Source: an uncultured Hyphomicrobiales bacterium (GTDB lineage: Bacteria > Pseudomonadota > Alphaproteobacteria > Rhizobiales > Aestuariivirgaceae). Taken from it: 54,160 nucleotides of DNA. The notes beneath the pieces were generated by a model. It was not told the origin of the DNA, did not search any database, and saw only the letters and a program-made list of their open reading frames with translations. The stretch covers positions 1 to 54,160 of the forward strand of contig CADEEO010000003.1 of NCBI GenBank assembly GCA_902826365.1. Reading direction: 5' to 3'. This document shows positions 1 to 9,784 of this stretch, piece after piece (the first letter of the stretch is position 1; every line of letters begins with the position of its first letter). A program made the position numbers and the translations under genes.

Positions 1-228
1 GAGCAACGTACCATCTTGCCTCCCAGTCAGCGCATGGCCCGAGGTTTGCGTTTCGAGGCCGGCGATCATGCGGAGCGTCGTGGTTTTTCCGCAGCCAGAG
101 GGGCCGAGCAAAGTCACCAGCGTGCCCGCTTCGATATCAAGCGTGATGGCATCGACGGCAACCGTCTTGCCAAATGCTTTGGTGACGGCATCAAGCTTCA
201 CGGCTGCCGACCGGCTGGCAATTTTCAT
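1..228 (-). CDS. ABC transporter ATP-binding subunit (FbpC/AfuC-like), N-terminal part; runs off the window edge
   Basis: Manual translation from ATG 228 gives [59 protein letters not shown], with Walker [13 protein letters not shown] overlap with the permease stop at 225-228. Confidence 0.9.
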   Translation of the reverse strand, partial: MKIASRSAAVKLDAVTKAFGKTVAVDAITLDIEAGTLVTLLGPSGCGKTTTLRMIAGLETQTSGHALTGRQDGTLL

Positions 229-2405
229 GCAACTCCCCCACGAACCGCCACTGGCTGAATGCCCCGGTTGGAGCGCCGCTGCTCGCCCACCCCAAGCTGA
301 ATGGCCCCAATCGACCCCAGCATGAACAGGATGAGCACCGAGCTGTAGGCGATGGCGACGCCGAAATCCGAAACCTCCACGCGCCCGACAATATAGGCCG
401 TGGCGAGATTATACTGCGCGCTGACCAGAAAGATCACCGCGCTCACCGAGGTGATGGCCCGCACGAAGGCATAGACCAGCGACGCGATAATGGCCGGCCT
501 GAGCAGCGGCAGGATCACCCGGCGGATTGTTGCAAAGCTTCCGTGGCGCAGCATGAGCGAGCATTCATCGAGGCTCCGGTCGATCTGGCTCATGGCGGCA
601 ATGCCCGCCCGGATCGAGACGGGCATGTTGCGGAAAACAAAGCAGATGATGAGGATGAGCCCGGTTCCGGTGATTTCGATGGGCGGCACGTTGAAGGCGA
701 GAATATAGCTCACCCCGATGACCGTTCCCGGAATGGCAAAGCTCAGCATGGTGATGAACTCGAAGGTTGACTGGCCGATGAACCGCTGGCGGTTGAGAAG
801 ATAGGCGGTGAGCAAGCCGATTGCCGCGGTAAAGGGTGCCGCGGCAGCGGAAACCCCGATGGTCGTGAAAAAGGAGGGCCATGCCCGGCCCGTCCATTGC
901 AGCCCCCGCTCGGTCCATTCAATGCCGAAGGCGGTGATGTAGTGCTGGAAGGTCAGGGTATTGTCGATGCCAAGCGATTTGACGAAGCCGCCGATGAGAA
1001 TGATTCCGTAGAGCAGAACCGTGAAGGCAAGCCACGGCACCGCCGTCATGTAGATCAGCCGCCGCACGCCGTCGGGAAGCTTTGCTGGAAGCCCTGAATC
1101 GCCCTTGCCCGCAATCGTCGTGTAGGAGCGCCGGCCCAGCCAGCGGCGCTGGAGATAGAAGGCCGAGAGCGTCAAGGCAAGAAGCGCAATCGACAAAGCC
1201 GCGGCCCGGCCCGGATCATTCTGCGAGCCGACGATGGCAAAGAAAATATCGGTTGAAAGCACATCATAGTTGCCGCCAAGCACCAGGGGATTGCCGAAGT
1301 CGGCGAGGCTTTCCACAAAGCCGATCAGGAAGGCGTTGGCGAGCCCGGGCCGCATCAGCGGCCAGGTCACGTTGGCAAACGTCCGCCAGCGATTGGCCCG
1401 CAGGGTTTGCGAGGCTTCCTCCATGGACGGGCTGATGCCTTCGACAACGCCGATGATCACCAGATACGCTATGGGCGCAAAGGCCAGCGTCTGAACCAGC
1501 AGCAAACCGAAGAAGCCATAAATCCAGCGGCTCGGCGGAATGCCGAAGAGCTCGCTCATCAGCCATGTCGCCACGCCGTTTCGCCCGAACAGCAGAATGA
1601 TGCCGAGCCCGATCACGAAAGGCGGCGTGATGATGGGCAGGATTGCGAGCAACCGCAGCAGACCCTTGGCGCGGAAATTGGTGCGCTTGTGGAGAAGCGC
1701 AAAGCCGAGGCCCAGCAGGGTTGTGGAGAGCCCCGTGGCAACACCGAGCGCCAGGCTGTTCAGCGTGACTTGCCCCACATCGGCGGAAAAGACCCGTGAC
1801 AATAATGCCGCCAATGAGTAGCCGCCCTCCGGCGTGACGGCAGATTCAATGAGGACGAGAAAGACAGGATAGAACACGAATACCCCGATGCACGAGGCAA
1901 CCACCGCAATCGAGCTGACCAGAAAGCCATCGCCCCGCATCATTCCGTTCAGCGCGAGACCGGCTGAGAAGATGAGAAGCAAGGCGCTGCCGCAAATGAC
2001 CGCGCCCATGCCAAACCCCGCCTGCACCGCAACGGGCCCGAAGGCCTGCTCAAACAGGGAGGCATTCCAGCCTTTCAGCCCAATCAGGAGTCCTTGCGCA
2101 AACATCCAGAAGAGGCCGACGCCACCGGCCCCGGCAATTACCTGCCCCCGCGGCCCCCCGCGCCGGAATACCTCGATGAACGGAACCAGCAGGCATAGGC
2201 CAATGGGCAGAAGCTGCCACCGGCCATGCAGCAAAGCTTGCAGGAACAAGGGCGAGGCTTTGGCGTTACCAAGCTGCCCAATCCAGGCAAAATTCCAAAA
2301 GCCTGAAGGAACCACGTACCAGGGCAAGGCAATGGCCCCTATCAAACCAGCGATAGCCAGCAGCAGAATATGGCGCGATTGTTTGGAAAGCTCTGCCATG
2401 GTCAT
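225..2405 (-). CDS. ABC transporter permease, fused two-domain FbpB/AfuB type
   Basis: 726 aa, highly hydrophobic, with two EAA-like loops ([28 protein letters not shown]; [28 protein letters not shown]). Lies between the binding-protein and ATPase genes. Confidence 0.9.
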   Translation of the reverse strand: MTMAELSKQSRHILLLAIAGLIGAIALPWYVVPSGFWNFAWIGQLGNAKASPLFLQALLHGRWQLLPIGLCLLVPFIEVFRRGGPRGQVIAGAGGVGLFWMFAQGLLIGLKGWNASLFEQAFGPVAVQAGFGMGAVICGSALLLIFSAGLALNGMMRGDGFLVSSIAVVASCIGVFVFYPVFLVLIESAVTPEGGYSLAALLSRVFSADVGQVTLNSLALGVATGLSTTLLGLGFALLHKRTNFRAKGLLRLLAILPIITPPFVIGLGIILLFGRNGVATWLMSELFGIPPSRWIYGFFGLLLVQTLAFAPIAYLVIIGVVEGISPSMEEASQTLRANRWRTFANVTWPLMRPGLANAFLIGFVESLADFGNPLVLGGNYDVLSTDIFFAIVGSQNDPGRAAALSIALLALTLSAFYLQRRWLGRRSYTTIAGKGDSGLPAKLPDGVRRLIYMTAVPWLAFTVLLYGIILIGGFVKSLGIDNTLTFQHYITAFGIEWTERGLQWTGRAWPSFFTTIGVSAAAAPFTAAIGLLTAYLLNRQRFIGQSTFEFITMLSFAIPGTVIGVSYILAFNVPPIEITGTGLILIICFVFRNMPVSIRAGIAAMSQIDRSLDECSLMLRHGSFATIRRVILPLLRPAIIASLVYAFVRAITSVSAVIFLVSAQYNLATAYIVGRVEVSDFGVAIAYSSVLILFMLGSIGAIQLGVGEQRRSNRGIQPVAVRGGVA

Positions 2406-2436
2406 GGGATCCGGCGGCAGGTTGCCGCTGGATCCC
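2406..2436 (-). terminator. Strong intergenic stem-loop between binding-protein and permease genes (mRNA stabiliser or partial terminator)
   Basis: gggatccggcggca-ggt-tgccgctggatccc, a 14-bp stem with one imperfect pair, abutting the permease start codon. Confidence 0.6.
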
Positions 2437-2445
2437 TATCCGATA

Positions 2446-3483
2446 TCATTTCGCTCCGATTTCGGCATCCCAACGCGACAGCAGGCGCTTGCGCTCGGCG
2501 GAAGAGCCGAACTTAGCAAAATCATAATCGATCAGCTTGATATCCGCCATTTTCGGAGCCGCGTCCGGAATTGGCGCCTCCATGTTGGACGGATTCTGAT
2601 AACTGTTCGCCGCCGCGCCCAGCTTCTGGGCTTCAGGCGTCAGCGCCCAGTCATACCAAATCTTGGCATTTTCCATATTGGGCGCGCCCTTGATGATGCT
2701 CATGGAGCCGATCTCGAATCCGGTTCCTTCGCAGGGGCTCACATTCTTGATCGGCGCATTTGACGTAATGGTGGGGGTGATCACATCATGCTGGAAGGCG
2801 ATGCCGACCAGGGTCTCGCCGCGCGCCACGGCCTGGGCTGGTGCTGCTCCTGATTTCGTGTACTGGTTGATATTGCCGTCGAGCGCCTTCATGTATTTGA
2901 AGGCTTCCTCTTCGCCAAGGATCTGCACCATCGTGGCAAGGAAAGTGTAGGCAGTGCCCGATGAGTTTGGATTTGCGATCTGCACTTCGCCCTTGAATTC
3001 AGGCTTGATGAGATCGGCCCAGCAGGCGGGTGCCGCAATCTTTTTTTGCTCCAGCAGCTCGCTGTTTTAGCCGAAACCCAGCGCCCCGAGATAGACGCCT
3101 ACGGTCGCTCCCTTTCCTGTTTCATGCTGTTTGATCGCCCAGGGGTGCAGCTTTGCAAGCATGGGCGATTCATAGGCTTCCGTCAGCCCCTCTTCAGCGG
3201 CTTGCAGATGGGGATCGCCCGTGCCGCCCCACCAGATGTCACCCTTGGGATTGGCCGCTTCAGCCTTGACCTGGGCAAAGGTTTCGCCCGAACTTTTCCG
3301 CGTCATCGCCACGGAAATGCCGGTGGCTTGCTGAAATGCGTTGACCATGGCCTGGCACCATTCTTCCTGCGGCGTGCAATACACCGTGAGATTGCCTTCG
3401 GCCTGCGCCGGTGAGCCAAATGCCAAGGCGGCAAATGCCAAAACGGCTGCGGAATTAAAGAATTTTCGTGTCATTAGGGTCAT
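2446..3483 (-). pseudogene. ABC substrate-binding protein (AfuA/FbpA-like) interrupted by an in-frame TAA at 3067-3069
   Basis: ORFs 3067..3483 and 2446..2985 share a frame. Read-through gives ...VYLGALGFG*NSELLEQKKIAAPACWADLIKPEFKGEVQIANPNSSGTAYT..., 345 codons in total. Signal peptide and GGAGG RBS present. Confidence 0.75.
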
Positions 3484-3511
3484 GTTTTCCTCCCAGTTCA
3501 GGCTTTTGTTT

Positions 3512-3529
3512 ATGACAGTTTTATGACAA
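3512..3529 (-). promoter_or_regulatory. Pho box (PhoB-binding site) upstream of the ABC importer
   Basis: Minus strand reads TTGTCATAAAACTGTCAT against consensus CTGTCATA(A/T)A(T/A)CTGTCA(C/T). An extra CTGTCAT half-site lies at 3531-3537. Confidence 0.75.
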
Positions 3530-3581
3530 CATGACAGAAGAAAATGCTGTTGGCCAGCATGGATTTTCCAGGAGATTTGGG

Positions 3582-4367
3582 ATGGATGAAGGTGAACTTG
3601 ACCGGCGTTTTCACGCAGGGCTGGGGCTGGTGCGCGAGGTCGGCCAAGAAGCCAGCCGGCAGTACCGCCGCCGCGGCACCTTGGCGGTTGAAACCAAAGG
3701 CCTACAGGACCTGGTGAGCGAAACTGATCGCGCTTGTGAAGACGAAATCGTCTCGGCCCTCAGCCGGATGTTTCCCGGCGATGCCTTTCTCGGCGAGGAG
3801 CGCGGGCTGCAAAATTCCGGTGGCGATGCCACCTGGGTGATCGACCCTATTGATGGCACGGCAAACTTTCTGCGCGGCATTCCGCTCTGGTGCGTCTCGC
3901 TCGGGTTGGTTTTTCGGAACGCGCCGGTCATTGGCATAATCTACAACCCGGAAACCGATGAACTCTATGCGGCCAAACACGGGGCAGGCGCTACACTCAA
4001 TCGCGCAAGGATAAAGGTGAGCGCTGTCACCAAGTTGAACGAGGCGCGCATGGGCATTGGTTTCAGTTACCGACGTCCCGTAGAGCCTCATGCGCGGGCG
4101 GTTTCGGCGTTGCTTGAAGCCCATTGTGAATACAGCCGTTTCGGCTCAGGCGCGCTGGGCATGGCCTTTACTGCCGATGGCCGCATGGATGGCTATTGGG
4201 AAGCCCATATCAATATATGGGACGTGGCTGCCGGACTCTGCATCGTGCGGGAAGCGGGCGGCTGGACCAATGACTTCATGTCCGGCGATGTTTTCCGCCA
4301 GGGCAATCCGATACTAGCCACCAATCCGGCTCTGACTGCCCCGCTTCAAGCCTTGCTGCCACTGTAA
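3582..4367 (+). CDS. Inositol monophosphatase family protein (sugar-phosphate phosphatase)
   Basis: Motifs GEE, WVIDPIDGTANF and WDVAAG. ATG 3582 follows GGAG at 3571, so it is preferred over the ORF-track start 3531. Confidence 0.9.
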   Translation: MDEGELDRRFHAGLGLVREVGQEASRQYRRRGTLAVETKGLQDLVSETDRACEDEIVSALSRMFPGDAFLGEERGLQNSGGDATWVIDPIDGTANFLRGIPLWCVSLGLVFRNAPVIGIIYNPETDELYAAKHGAGATLNRARIKVSAVTKLNEARMGIGFSYRRPVEPHARAVSALLEAHCEYSRFGSGALGMAFTADGRMDGYWEAHINIWDVAAGLCIVREAGGWTNDFMSGDVFRQGNPILATNPALTAPLQALLPL

Positions 4368-5200
4368 TCGCGCAGCTTCGTGCTGGAAAACCAGACGTGT
4401 TCGTAAATTGCGACAGCACTTTCGTCCGGCGCTCGCTCCCGGGTGAGATGAGTTGAGCGAATGCGCCGCGCCGTGGAAGGGTTGGGAGCAAGCGTACAGC
4501 CCTTGGGAGTCGAAGCGCCTGCACAGGGGATGAACCATGATGACATCAGGGGCCTCACCTCAAAGCCGGACGAAGCCCGTTTCACCAGCATCGCCAGCGC
4601 CACTTCGGCTGTGGGCCGCCACGGGAAGATCAATCGCCCGCCGGGGCGAAGCGCTGCCAGCCACTGTTCTGGTGGCGCGGCCACACCGGCGCTCACATAG
4701 ATGAGATCCGAGGGCGGCAATTCCAAAGAGGCTGCATCGCCGGTTATCACCGACACGTTCTCAAAGCTCTTGAGATTACGCCGCGCAATCTCCGCCAGTT
4801 CACTGTCGATCTCAAATCCGGTCAGGCGGCCCCCGGGCTGCACCAGCAGCGACAGGATTGCCGAGTAATAGCCCATTCCCAGGCCGATCTGCGTGACGGT
4901 TTCCCCGGGCTGCGGCGCGGCGGCGCCAATCCACATGGCATGCAGGTGCGGTTCACCGTTGTTGATGCCCTTCCTGGCATCAAGGGCGATTGCTGAGTTC
5001 CGGTAGACATGGCGGGGGTTTGAATCCGGCGTTTCAACATACCGTCCCTCCACAAGTAGCTTCCAAGGCCCAGGCGGAAGAAACTCTTCCCGGTGCACGC
5101 GGTAAAAAACGCCTTCAAGGCGCGGGTCCAGCGAGGCGCTCACCCGCGCCAATTCCCTGGCGAAGGATTTGCGGACATCGTCCAGTTTATCGTGGTCCAA
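4346..5200 (-). CDS. Protein-L-isoaspartate O-methyltransferase family SAM-dependent methyltransferase
   Basis: VHREEFLPPGPW, INNGEP, SAM motif QIGLGMGYYSA, LRPGGRLIFP. Probable TTG start at 5200 after GAGAGAGG; the start is uncertain. Confidence 0.8.
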   Translation of the reverse strand: MDHDKLDDVRKSFARELARVSASLDPRLEGVFYRVHREEFLPPGPWKLLVEGRYVETPDSNPRHVYRNSAIALDARKGINNGEPHLHAMWIGAAAPQPGETVTQIGLGMGYYSAILSLLVQPGGRLTGFEIDSELAEIARRNLKSFENVSVITGDAASLELPPSDLIYVSAGVAAPPEQWLAALRPGGRLIFPWRPTAEVALAMLVKRASSGFEVRPLMSSWFIPCAGASTPKGCTLAPNPSTARRIRSTHLTRERAPDESAVAIYEHVWFSSTKLRDYSGSKA

Positions 5201-5332
5201 ATTGGCCTCTCTCCCAAATCTTCCGTCCAGCCTGCCTCCCGGCAAGTTAACATTCAAGTGAGACTGCCGCACGGAGGCCCTTGAAAAACCTTCGATAAAT
5301 CCATAGCTAGGGGAAAGAAGAGGATTTTTGCC

Positions 5333-5596
5333 ATGACCACCACATCATCCCGGTTTTTTGATGAACTCGCCAAGCTGATGACCAATGCCACCGGTGCGGC
5401 CCAAGGCCTGCGCAAGGAGGTCGACACTATGGTTCAGTCCCAGGTTGAACGGGTTTTGAACAACCTGGAACTGGTCAAACGCGAGGAATTGGACGTGATC
5501 CGCGACATGGCGCAGAAGGCCCGCGAGGAGAACGAGGCGCTGGCCAAGCGCCTTGCCGAGCTGGAAGCCCGGATTGGCCCCTCCGCCACCCCCTAA
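5333..5596 (+). CDS. ubiK: Ubiquinone biosynthesis accessory factor UbiK (BMFP) family
   Basis: 87 aa coiled-coil, RFFDELAKLMTNA...LELVKREELD...LEAR; usual position upstream of ybjN-proC. Confidence 0.8.
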   Translation: MTTTSSRFFDELAKLMTNATGAAQGLRKEVDTMVQSQVERVLNNLELVKREELDVIRDMAQKAREENEALAKRLAELEARIGPSATP

Positions 5597-5711
5597 TTTC
5601 ATGTGGAGGAATCAGCGGCAATGGCCCGCTGACTCTTGTGGCGACTCAATCGCACGGGCATTTTCCCTTTAATGCCCGGTGTGATTCGTTGGGCACGTGA
5701 GGACAAGACCC

Positions 5712-6212
5712 ATGGGTTCATTGCAGTCATATGAGAGCGATACAACCAATCCGCTCGATCTCATCGAGCGCCTGGCGGAACGCCGCGAATGGTCCGTTGA
5801 CCGGACCAATGATTGCGAAGTGACCATGGTGATGGGCGGCGGCTGGAGCGACCTCTATGTCTCCCTCAACTGGCGCGACGACCTGGAATCACTTCTGGTG
5901 GCCTGCACCTATGATATGAAGGTGCCAACCACCCGCAAGGATGAGGTGGGCCGCCTTCTGGCCCTTATCAATGGGCAATTGTTCCACGGCCATTTCGACA
6001 TGTGGCATGGCGACGGCAGCATCGTGTTCCGCAACAATCTGGTTCTCTCGGGCGGAGCGGTGGCCAATGACGCCCAATGCGAAACCCTTATCCGCTTGGG
6101 GATCGAATCCTGCGAGCGCTATTACCCCGCTGTGCAATATGTCTGCTGGGCGGGCCAGTCGGCAGATGCTGCCCTCGAAAGCAGCCTGCTCGAAACCATG
6201 GGTGAGGCATGA
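5712..6212 (+). CDS. YbjN domain-containing protein
   Basis: NPLDLIE, LINGQLFHGHFDMW, CERYYPAVQYVCWAG, LETMGEA; ATGA overlap with proC. Confidence 0.8.
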   Translation: MGSLQSYESDTTNPLDLIERLAERREWSVDRTNDCEVTMVMGGGWSDLYVSLNWRDDLESLLVACTYDMKVPTTRKDEVGRLLALINGQLFHGHFDMWHGDGSIVFRNNLVLSGGAVANDAQCETLIRLGIESCERYYPAVQYVCWAGQSADAALESSLLETMGEA

Positions 6213-7030
6213 GTCTTGCGCTCAAGGGAACCCTGGTTCTCGTGGGTGCCGGCAAGATGGGCGGCGCCATGCTCGAGGGTTGGCTGAAATCCAGCGCCGA
6301 TCCCAAAAAAATTGCGGTCCTTGATCCCTTTGTCTCCGCTGAGATGAAGGCCCTGCTCGCCAGGCATAAGGTGTCTCTCAACCCGGCCATCGCCGGCATC
6401 ACAAATGCCGAAGTTGTCCTGATCGCCGTGAAACCGCAGATGATGGAAGAAGTTCTTCCCGCCGTTGTGGGCTTGGGCGCTTCGAAGCCGCTGATCCTGT
6501 CCGTTGCCGCCGGAAAAACCATTGCCTCCTTCGAGCGCCACTTTGGAAAATCCGCCGCCGTTATCCGCACCATTCCCAACACCCCCGCCAGCATTGGCCG
6601 CGGCATTACCGCCATGTCAGCCAATGCCAATGTCTCGGCGGCGCAAATGAAATTGGCAAAAAACCTCCTCTCGGCGATTGGCGAGGTGGTGGCCGTTGAC
6701 CGCGAGGAACTGATTGACAGCGTGACGGCGGTTTCCGGCTCCGGCCCGGCCTATGTTTTTTACATGACTGAATGCCTTGCAGCGGCGGCGGAAAAAGTCG
6801 GCCTCCCCCCTGCCCTTGCCATGCAACTGGCCCGCGCCACCGTGGCCGGCTCCGGCGAATTGATGCGGGTGACCGGCACCGATGCCGCAACCCTTCGGCA
6901 GAATGTCACCTCGCCCAAGGGCACAACCCATGCGGCCCTGCAGGTTCTCATGGCTGAGGATGGTTTGCGGCCATTGTTTGAAAAGGCCGTGAAGGCGGCG
7001 GCGGACCGTTCGCGGGAGCTCGCAAGTTAG
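6209..7030 (+). CDS. proC: Pyrroline-5-carboxylate reductase
   Basis: GAGKMG Rossmann motif, AVKPQ, RTIPNTP, TAVSGSGPAY, LRQNVTSPKGTT. Confidence 0.96.
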   Translation: MSLALKGTLVLVGAGKMGGAMLEGWLKSSADPKKIAVLDPFVSAEMKALLARHKVSLNPAIAGITNAEVVLIAVKPQMMEEVLPAVVGLGASKPLILSVAAGKTIASFERHFGKSAAVIRTIPNTPASIGRGITAMSANANVSAAQMKLAKNLLSAIGEVVAVDREELIDSVTAVSGSGPAYVFYMTECLAAAAEKVGLPPALAMQLARATVAGSGELMRVTGTDAATLRQNVTSPKGTTHAALQVLMAEDGLRPLFEKAVKAAADRSRELAS

Positions 7031-7095
7031 GTTGAGTCCCTGCCTCCCCTTGGGCTAAACGTCAGGCAGGACAACAGGAACTTGATGATCATCCA

Positions 7096-7956
7096 ATGCT
7101 GTCATTGATCACCACTTGCAAAAACAGATTGCCTCATCTCAAGCAGACGCTGCCTTTGATGCTCCGGCAGCCACGCGCCGAAGTCATTGTGGTCGATTAC
7201 GGCTGTGAACAGGGCACCGCGGCGTGGGTGAAAGAGCATCACCCTGCGGCAAAGCTCGTCGAGGTCAACGATGATCCGGTCTTTTGCGTCGCGAGAGCGA
7301 GAAATATAGGTGCAAAAAGCGCCTCTCATGAGTTTCTGTGCTTTGCTGACGCCGATGTAGTCATGCATCTGGAGTTAGGCAAATGGTTGGAGATCAATCA
7401 GGACTCCAACAGGTTTTATCTGTATCCGGCGCAAAAAGAGAGTGAGCTGTCCGGCTTTCTGATTGTCGCGCGCGAGCATTTCTCTAAAGTTGGCGGCTAT
7501 GATGAAGCATTCAAGGGATGGGGGGCAGAAGATAAGGACCTCTATGAACGTCTCGCCAGGACCGGGCTGTCAAGGTTTCTAATTCCTCCGGGGTCAATAT
7601 CGTCAATCCCGCATGGAAACGAGTTGCGCCTGTTGGGCAGGGAGTCGGGAGGCTTTGACACCAAGCTGGAAACCATGGCCATGAATCAGCTTTACAGAAC
7701 GATCAAAAGAGATTCTTGGCAGCTCACGGGCAGGGAAATAGAACTGGAAAAACGCAAAGAACTGTTCCAGTTCATTAGGATGCTGAGGGAGGAGGCCCTT
7801 AGGAAGGGCGAGAGCGCATTTGAAATATCGATCAATATTCCGATAGATTCAGAACATAACATGCACCTAAAAAGTCTCCGCTGGCTAAACTACAAAATAC
7901 CCATCAGGCAGCCGGTAAGCAGCGCCGGGCGGACGCCAGGTAAACAGCTCCCATAA
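7096..7956 (+). CDS. Glycosyltransferase family 2 protein with a GT7-like C-terminal motif
   Basis: SLITTCKNR, VIVVDYG, ARARNIGA, DxD motif DADVV, GGYDEAFKGWGAED. Confidence 0.8.
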   Translation: MLSLITTCKNRLPHLKQTLPLMLRQPRAEVIVVDYGCEQGTAAWVKEHHPAAKLVEVNDDPVFCVARARNIGAKSASHEFLCFADADVVMHLELGKWLEINQDSNRFYLYPAQKESELSGFLIVAREHFSKVGGYDEAFKGWGAEDKDLYERLARTGLSRFLIPPGSISSIPHGNELRLLGRESGGFDTKLETMAMNQLYRTIKRDSWQLTGREIELEKRKELFQFIRMLREEALRKGESAFEISINIPIDSEHNMHLKSLRWLNYKIPIRQPVSSAGRTPGKQLP

Positions 7957-8108
7957 AACTCCATCCACCAACGCTTCACAGTTGTTGATCAATTCTGTCG
8001 CCTGTCTCTTCCGGCATCGGTAAAAATCTGCTTCAAACCGAAGTTTGCCCAGGTTGCCGGGTCACGCCTCCCGGCAAAGAAGAACGAACAAGTAGGAAAA
8101 GGGACAAA

Positions 8109-8447
8109 ATGCCGGAAATAAGCTTCGCCGACTTCTTGAAAACCGACATCCGCGTGGGCACCATCATCGCCGTGGACCCTTTCCCCGAAGCCCGCAAGCC
8201 GGCCTTCAAGCTGCGCATTGATTTCGGGGCCGGGATCGGCGTGAAAAAATCTTCCGCGCAAGTGACGAAATATTACACGCCGGAAACCCTGCTTGGCCGC
8301 CAGGTCGCCGCCGTGGTCAATTTCCCGCCGCGCCAGATTGGCCCGTTTATGTCGGAAGTCCTGACCCTTGGGTTCCCCGATCATGAAGGCGATGTGGTGC
8401 TGGTGGCGGTCGAGCGCCCCGTGCCGAACGGCGGGCGGATGTATTAA
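8109..8447 (+). CDS. csaA: tRNA-binding / secretion chaperone CsaA
   Basis: DIRVGTI, FPEARKPA, KKSSAQVT, VVNFPPRQIG, SEVLTLG. Confidence 0.92.
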   Translation: MPEISFADFLKTDIRVGTIIAVDPFPEARKPAFKLRIDFGAGIGVKKSSAQVTKYYTPETLLGRQVAAVVNFPPRQIGPFMSEVLTLGFPDHEGDVVLVAVERPVPNGGRMY

Positions 8448-9784
8448 ACCGGAATCTGCACAACGGCGCGAAGGCCGCCGGCCGGGCTTTCATCCAGCTT
8501 GATTTCACCGCCGTGGGCATGGGCGATATCAAGGGCTATGGCAAGGCCCAGCCCGGTTCCCGTTTCATCGAGGTTGCGCGCATTGTCGAGCCGCACAAAA
8601 GGTCTGAACGCATCCTCGCGGTTTTCAACCGGAATGCCGGGTCCATCATCATCTACCAGGATCGTGAGCAGGCGGTTTTCAACGCCGCCCTTCACCCTCA
8701 CGTTGTCTGCATAGCGGACGGCATTGCCCAGAAGATTTGAAATCAGGCGCCTAAAGGCATTGGGCTTGATGCTGACATCCACATCCTGCACATCAAGGGC
8801 GACATGGGATTTTCCCCGCGCCACGGCAGAGGCAACCGAACTGAACATCTGCGCAAGATTGACCGCTTCCGTCATCTCGCCGCCGTCGCCGCGGACAAAG
8901 GCCATATAGGCTTCCAGCATGCGCTGCATTTCTTCCACGTCTTCCTTGAGCGGTTTTATCTTCGGTCCATCGCCGAGAAAAGCCAGCTCCAGCTTGAAAC
9001 GCGTGAGGATGGTGCGGAGATCATGGGAAACACCGGCCAGCATGGCGGTGCGCTGTTCGACATGGCGCGCAATACGGCTCTTCATGTCAACAAAGGCGAG
9101 GCCCGCCTCACGCACTTCGGTTGCACCCCGAGGCCGGAAGTCCGCGACTTCGCGCCCCATACCAAACCCTTTGGCGGCCTTTGCCAGCTCAACAATTGGA
9201 GCGATTTGCTTGCGCAGGAATACAACGGCGATCAGCAGGAGAACGAGCGATGACAGCAGCATTGCCATCAGCAGCGTGGCGGTGTTGGCAGCATAGGCCC
9301 GGTCCTCGTCGGTGCGGATGTGAAAGATAAGGCCCTTTTCAACTTCGACCTGTATTTCAACCTGGCTGTCCTGCGCCGAACTGTTGATCCAGAAAGGGCG
9401 CCCGGTCTCGCGTTCGAGATACTCCGTCATCTTGTCGTCAACCAGCGAATAGAGGGTGCGGTCAATGGGTGGGGGCAACACGCCGTCACGGGTGATTTCC
9501 AAGCCGAGTCTCAGCCGTTTGTTGGCGACAAATTCTATTTCCTGGATGGCCGCTTCGGATTTGTCCGAGCGGTCATAGAGATCGGTGATCAGGCCAATCT
9601 CGCGGGCCAAGGACCGGCCAAGGACCTTGGTGACATTGTCCCAGTGACGCTCGAGGATGATACCCGCCATGATGGTTTGCAGCAGCACGATGGGCGCTAT
9701 GACAATGATCAGCGAGCGGGTGTAAAGCCCCGTCGGCAAATGGCGCTCGAGAAACCGGTTGAAGCGGAAATACAGGCTGCTCAT
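8444..9784 (-). CDS. EnvZ-like sensor histidine kinase
   Basis: Two TM segments, HAMP region, H-box GVSHDLRT, N-box NLLGNAVRY, G-boxes DDGPGI and GTGLGL. Confidence 0.93.
   Translation of the reverse strand: MSSLYFRFNRFLERHLPTGLYTRSLIIVIAPIVLLQTIMAGIILERHWDNVTKVLGRSLAREIGLITDLYDRSDKSEAAIQEIEFVANKRLRLGLEITRDGVLPPPIDRTLYSLVDDKMTEYLERETGRPFWINSSAQDSQVEIQVEVEKGLIFHIRTDEDRAYAANTATLLMAMLLSSLVLLLIAVVFLRKQIAPIVELAKAAKGFGMGREVADFRPRGATEVREAGLAFVDMKSRIARHVEQRTAMLAGVSHDLRTILTRFKLELAFLGDGPKIKPLKEDVEEMQRMLEAYMAFVRGDGGEMTEAVNLAQMFSSVASAVARGKSHVALDVQDVDVSIKPNAFRRLISNLLGNAVRYADNVRVKGGVENRLLTILVDDDGPGIPVENREDAFRPFVRLDNARNLDETGTGLGLAIALDIAHAHGGEIKLDESPAGGLRAVVQIPV

Noticed and set aside
3067-3069. Programmed frameshift or stop-codon recoding in the binding-protein gene, given the nearby T7 run at 3041-3047
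   Set aside because: Both halves are in the same frame, so no shift is needed, and TAA terminates other genes normally.
5280-5306. RpoH-like promoter CTTGAA…CCATAG upstream of ubiK
   Set aside because: The -10 match is too loose to call without TSS data.
8082-8100. Possible alphaproteobacterial LexA box (GAAC…GAAA) upstream of csaA
   Set aside because: The spacing is N6 rather than N7 and the second half-site mismatches.
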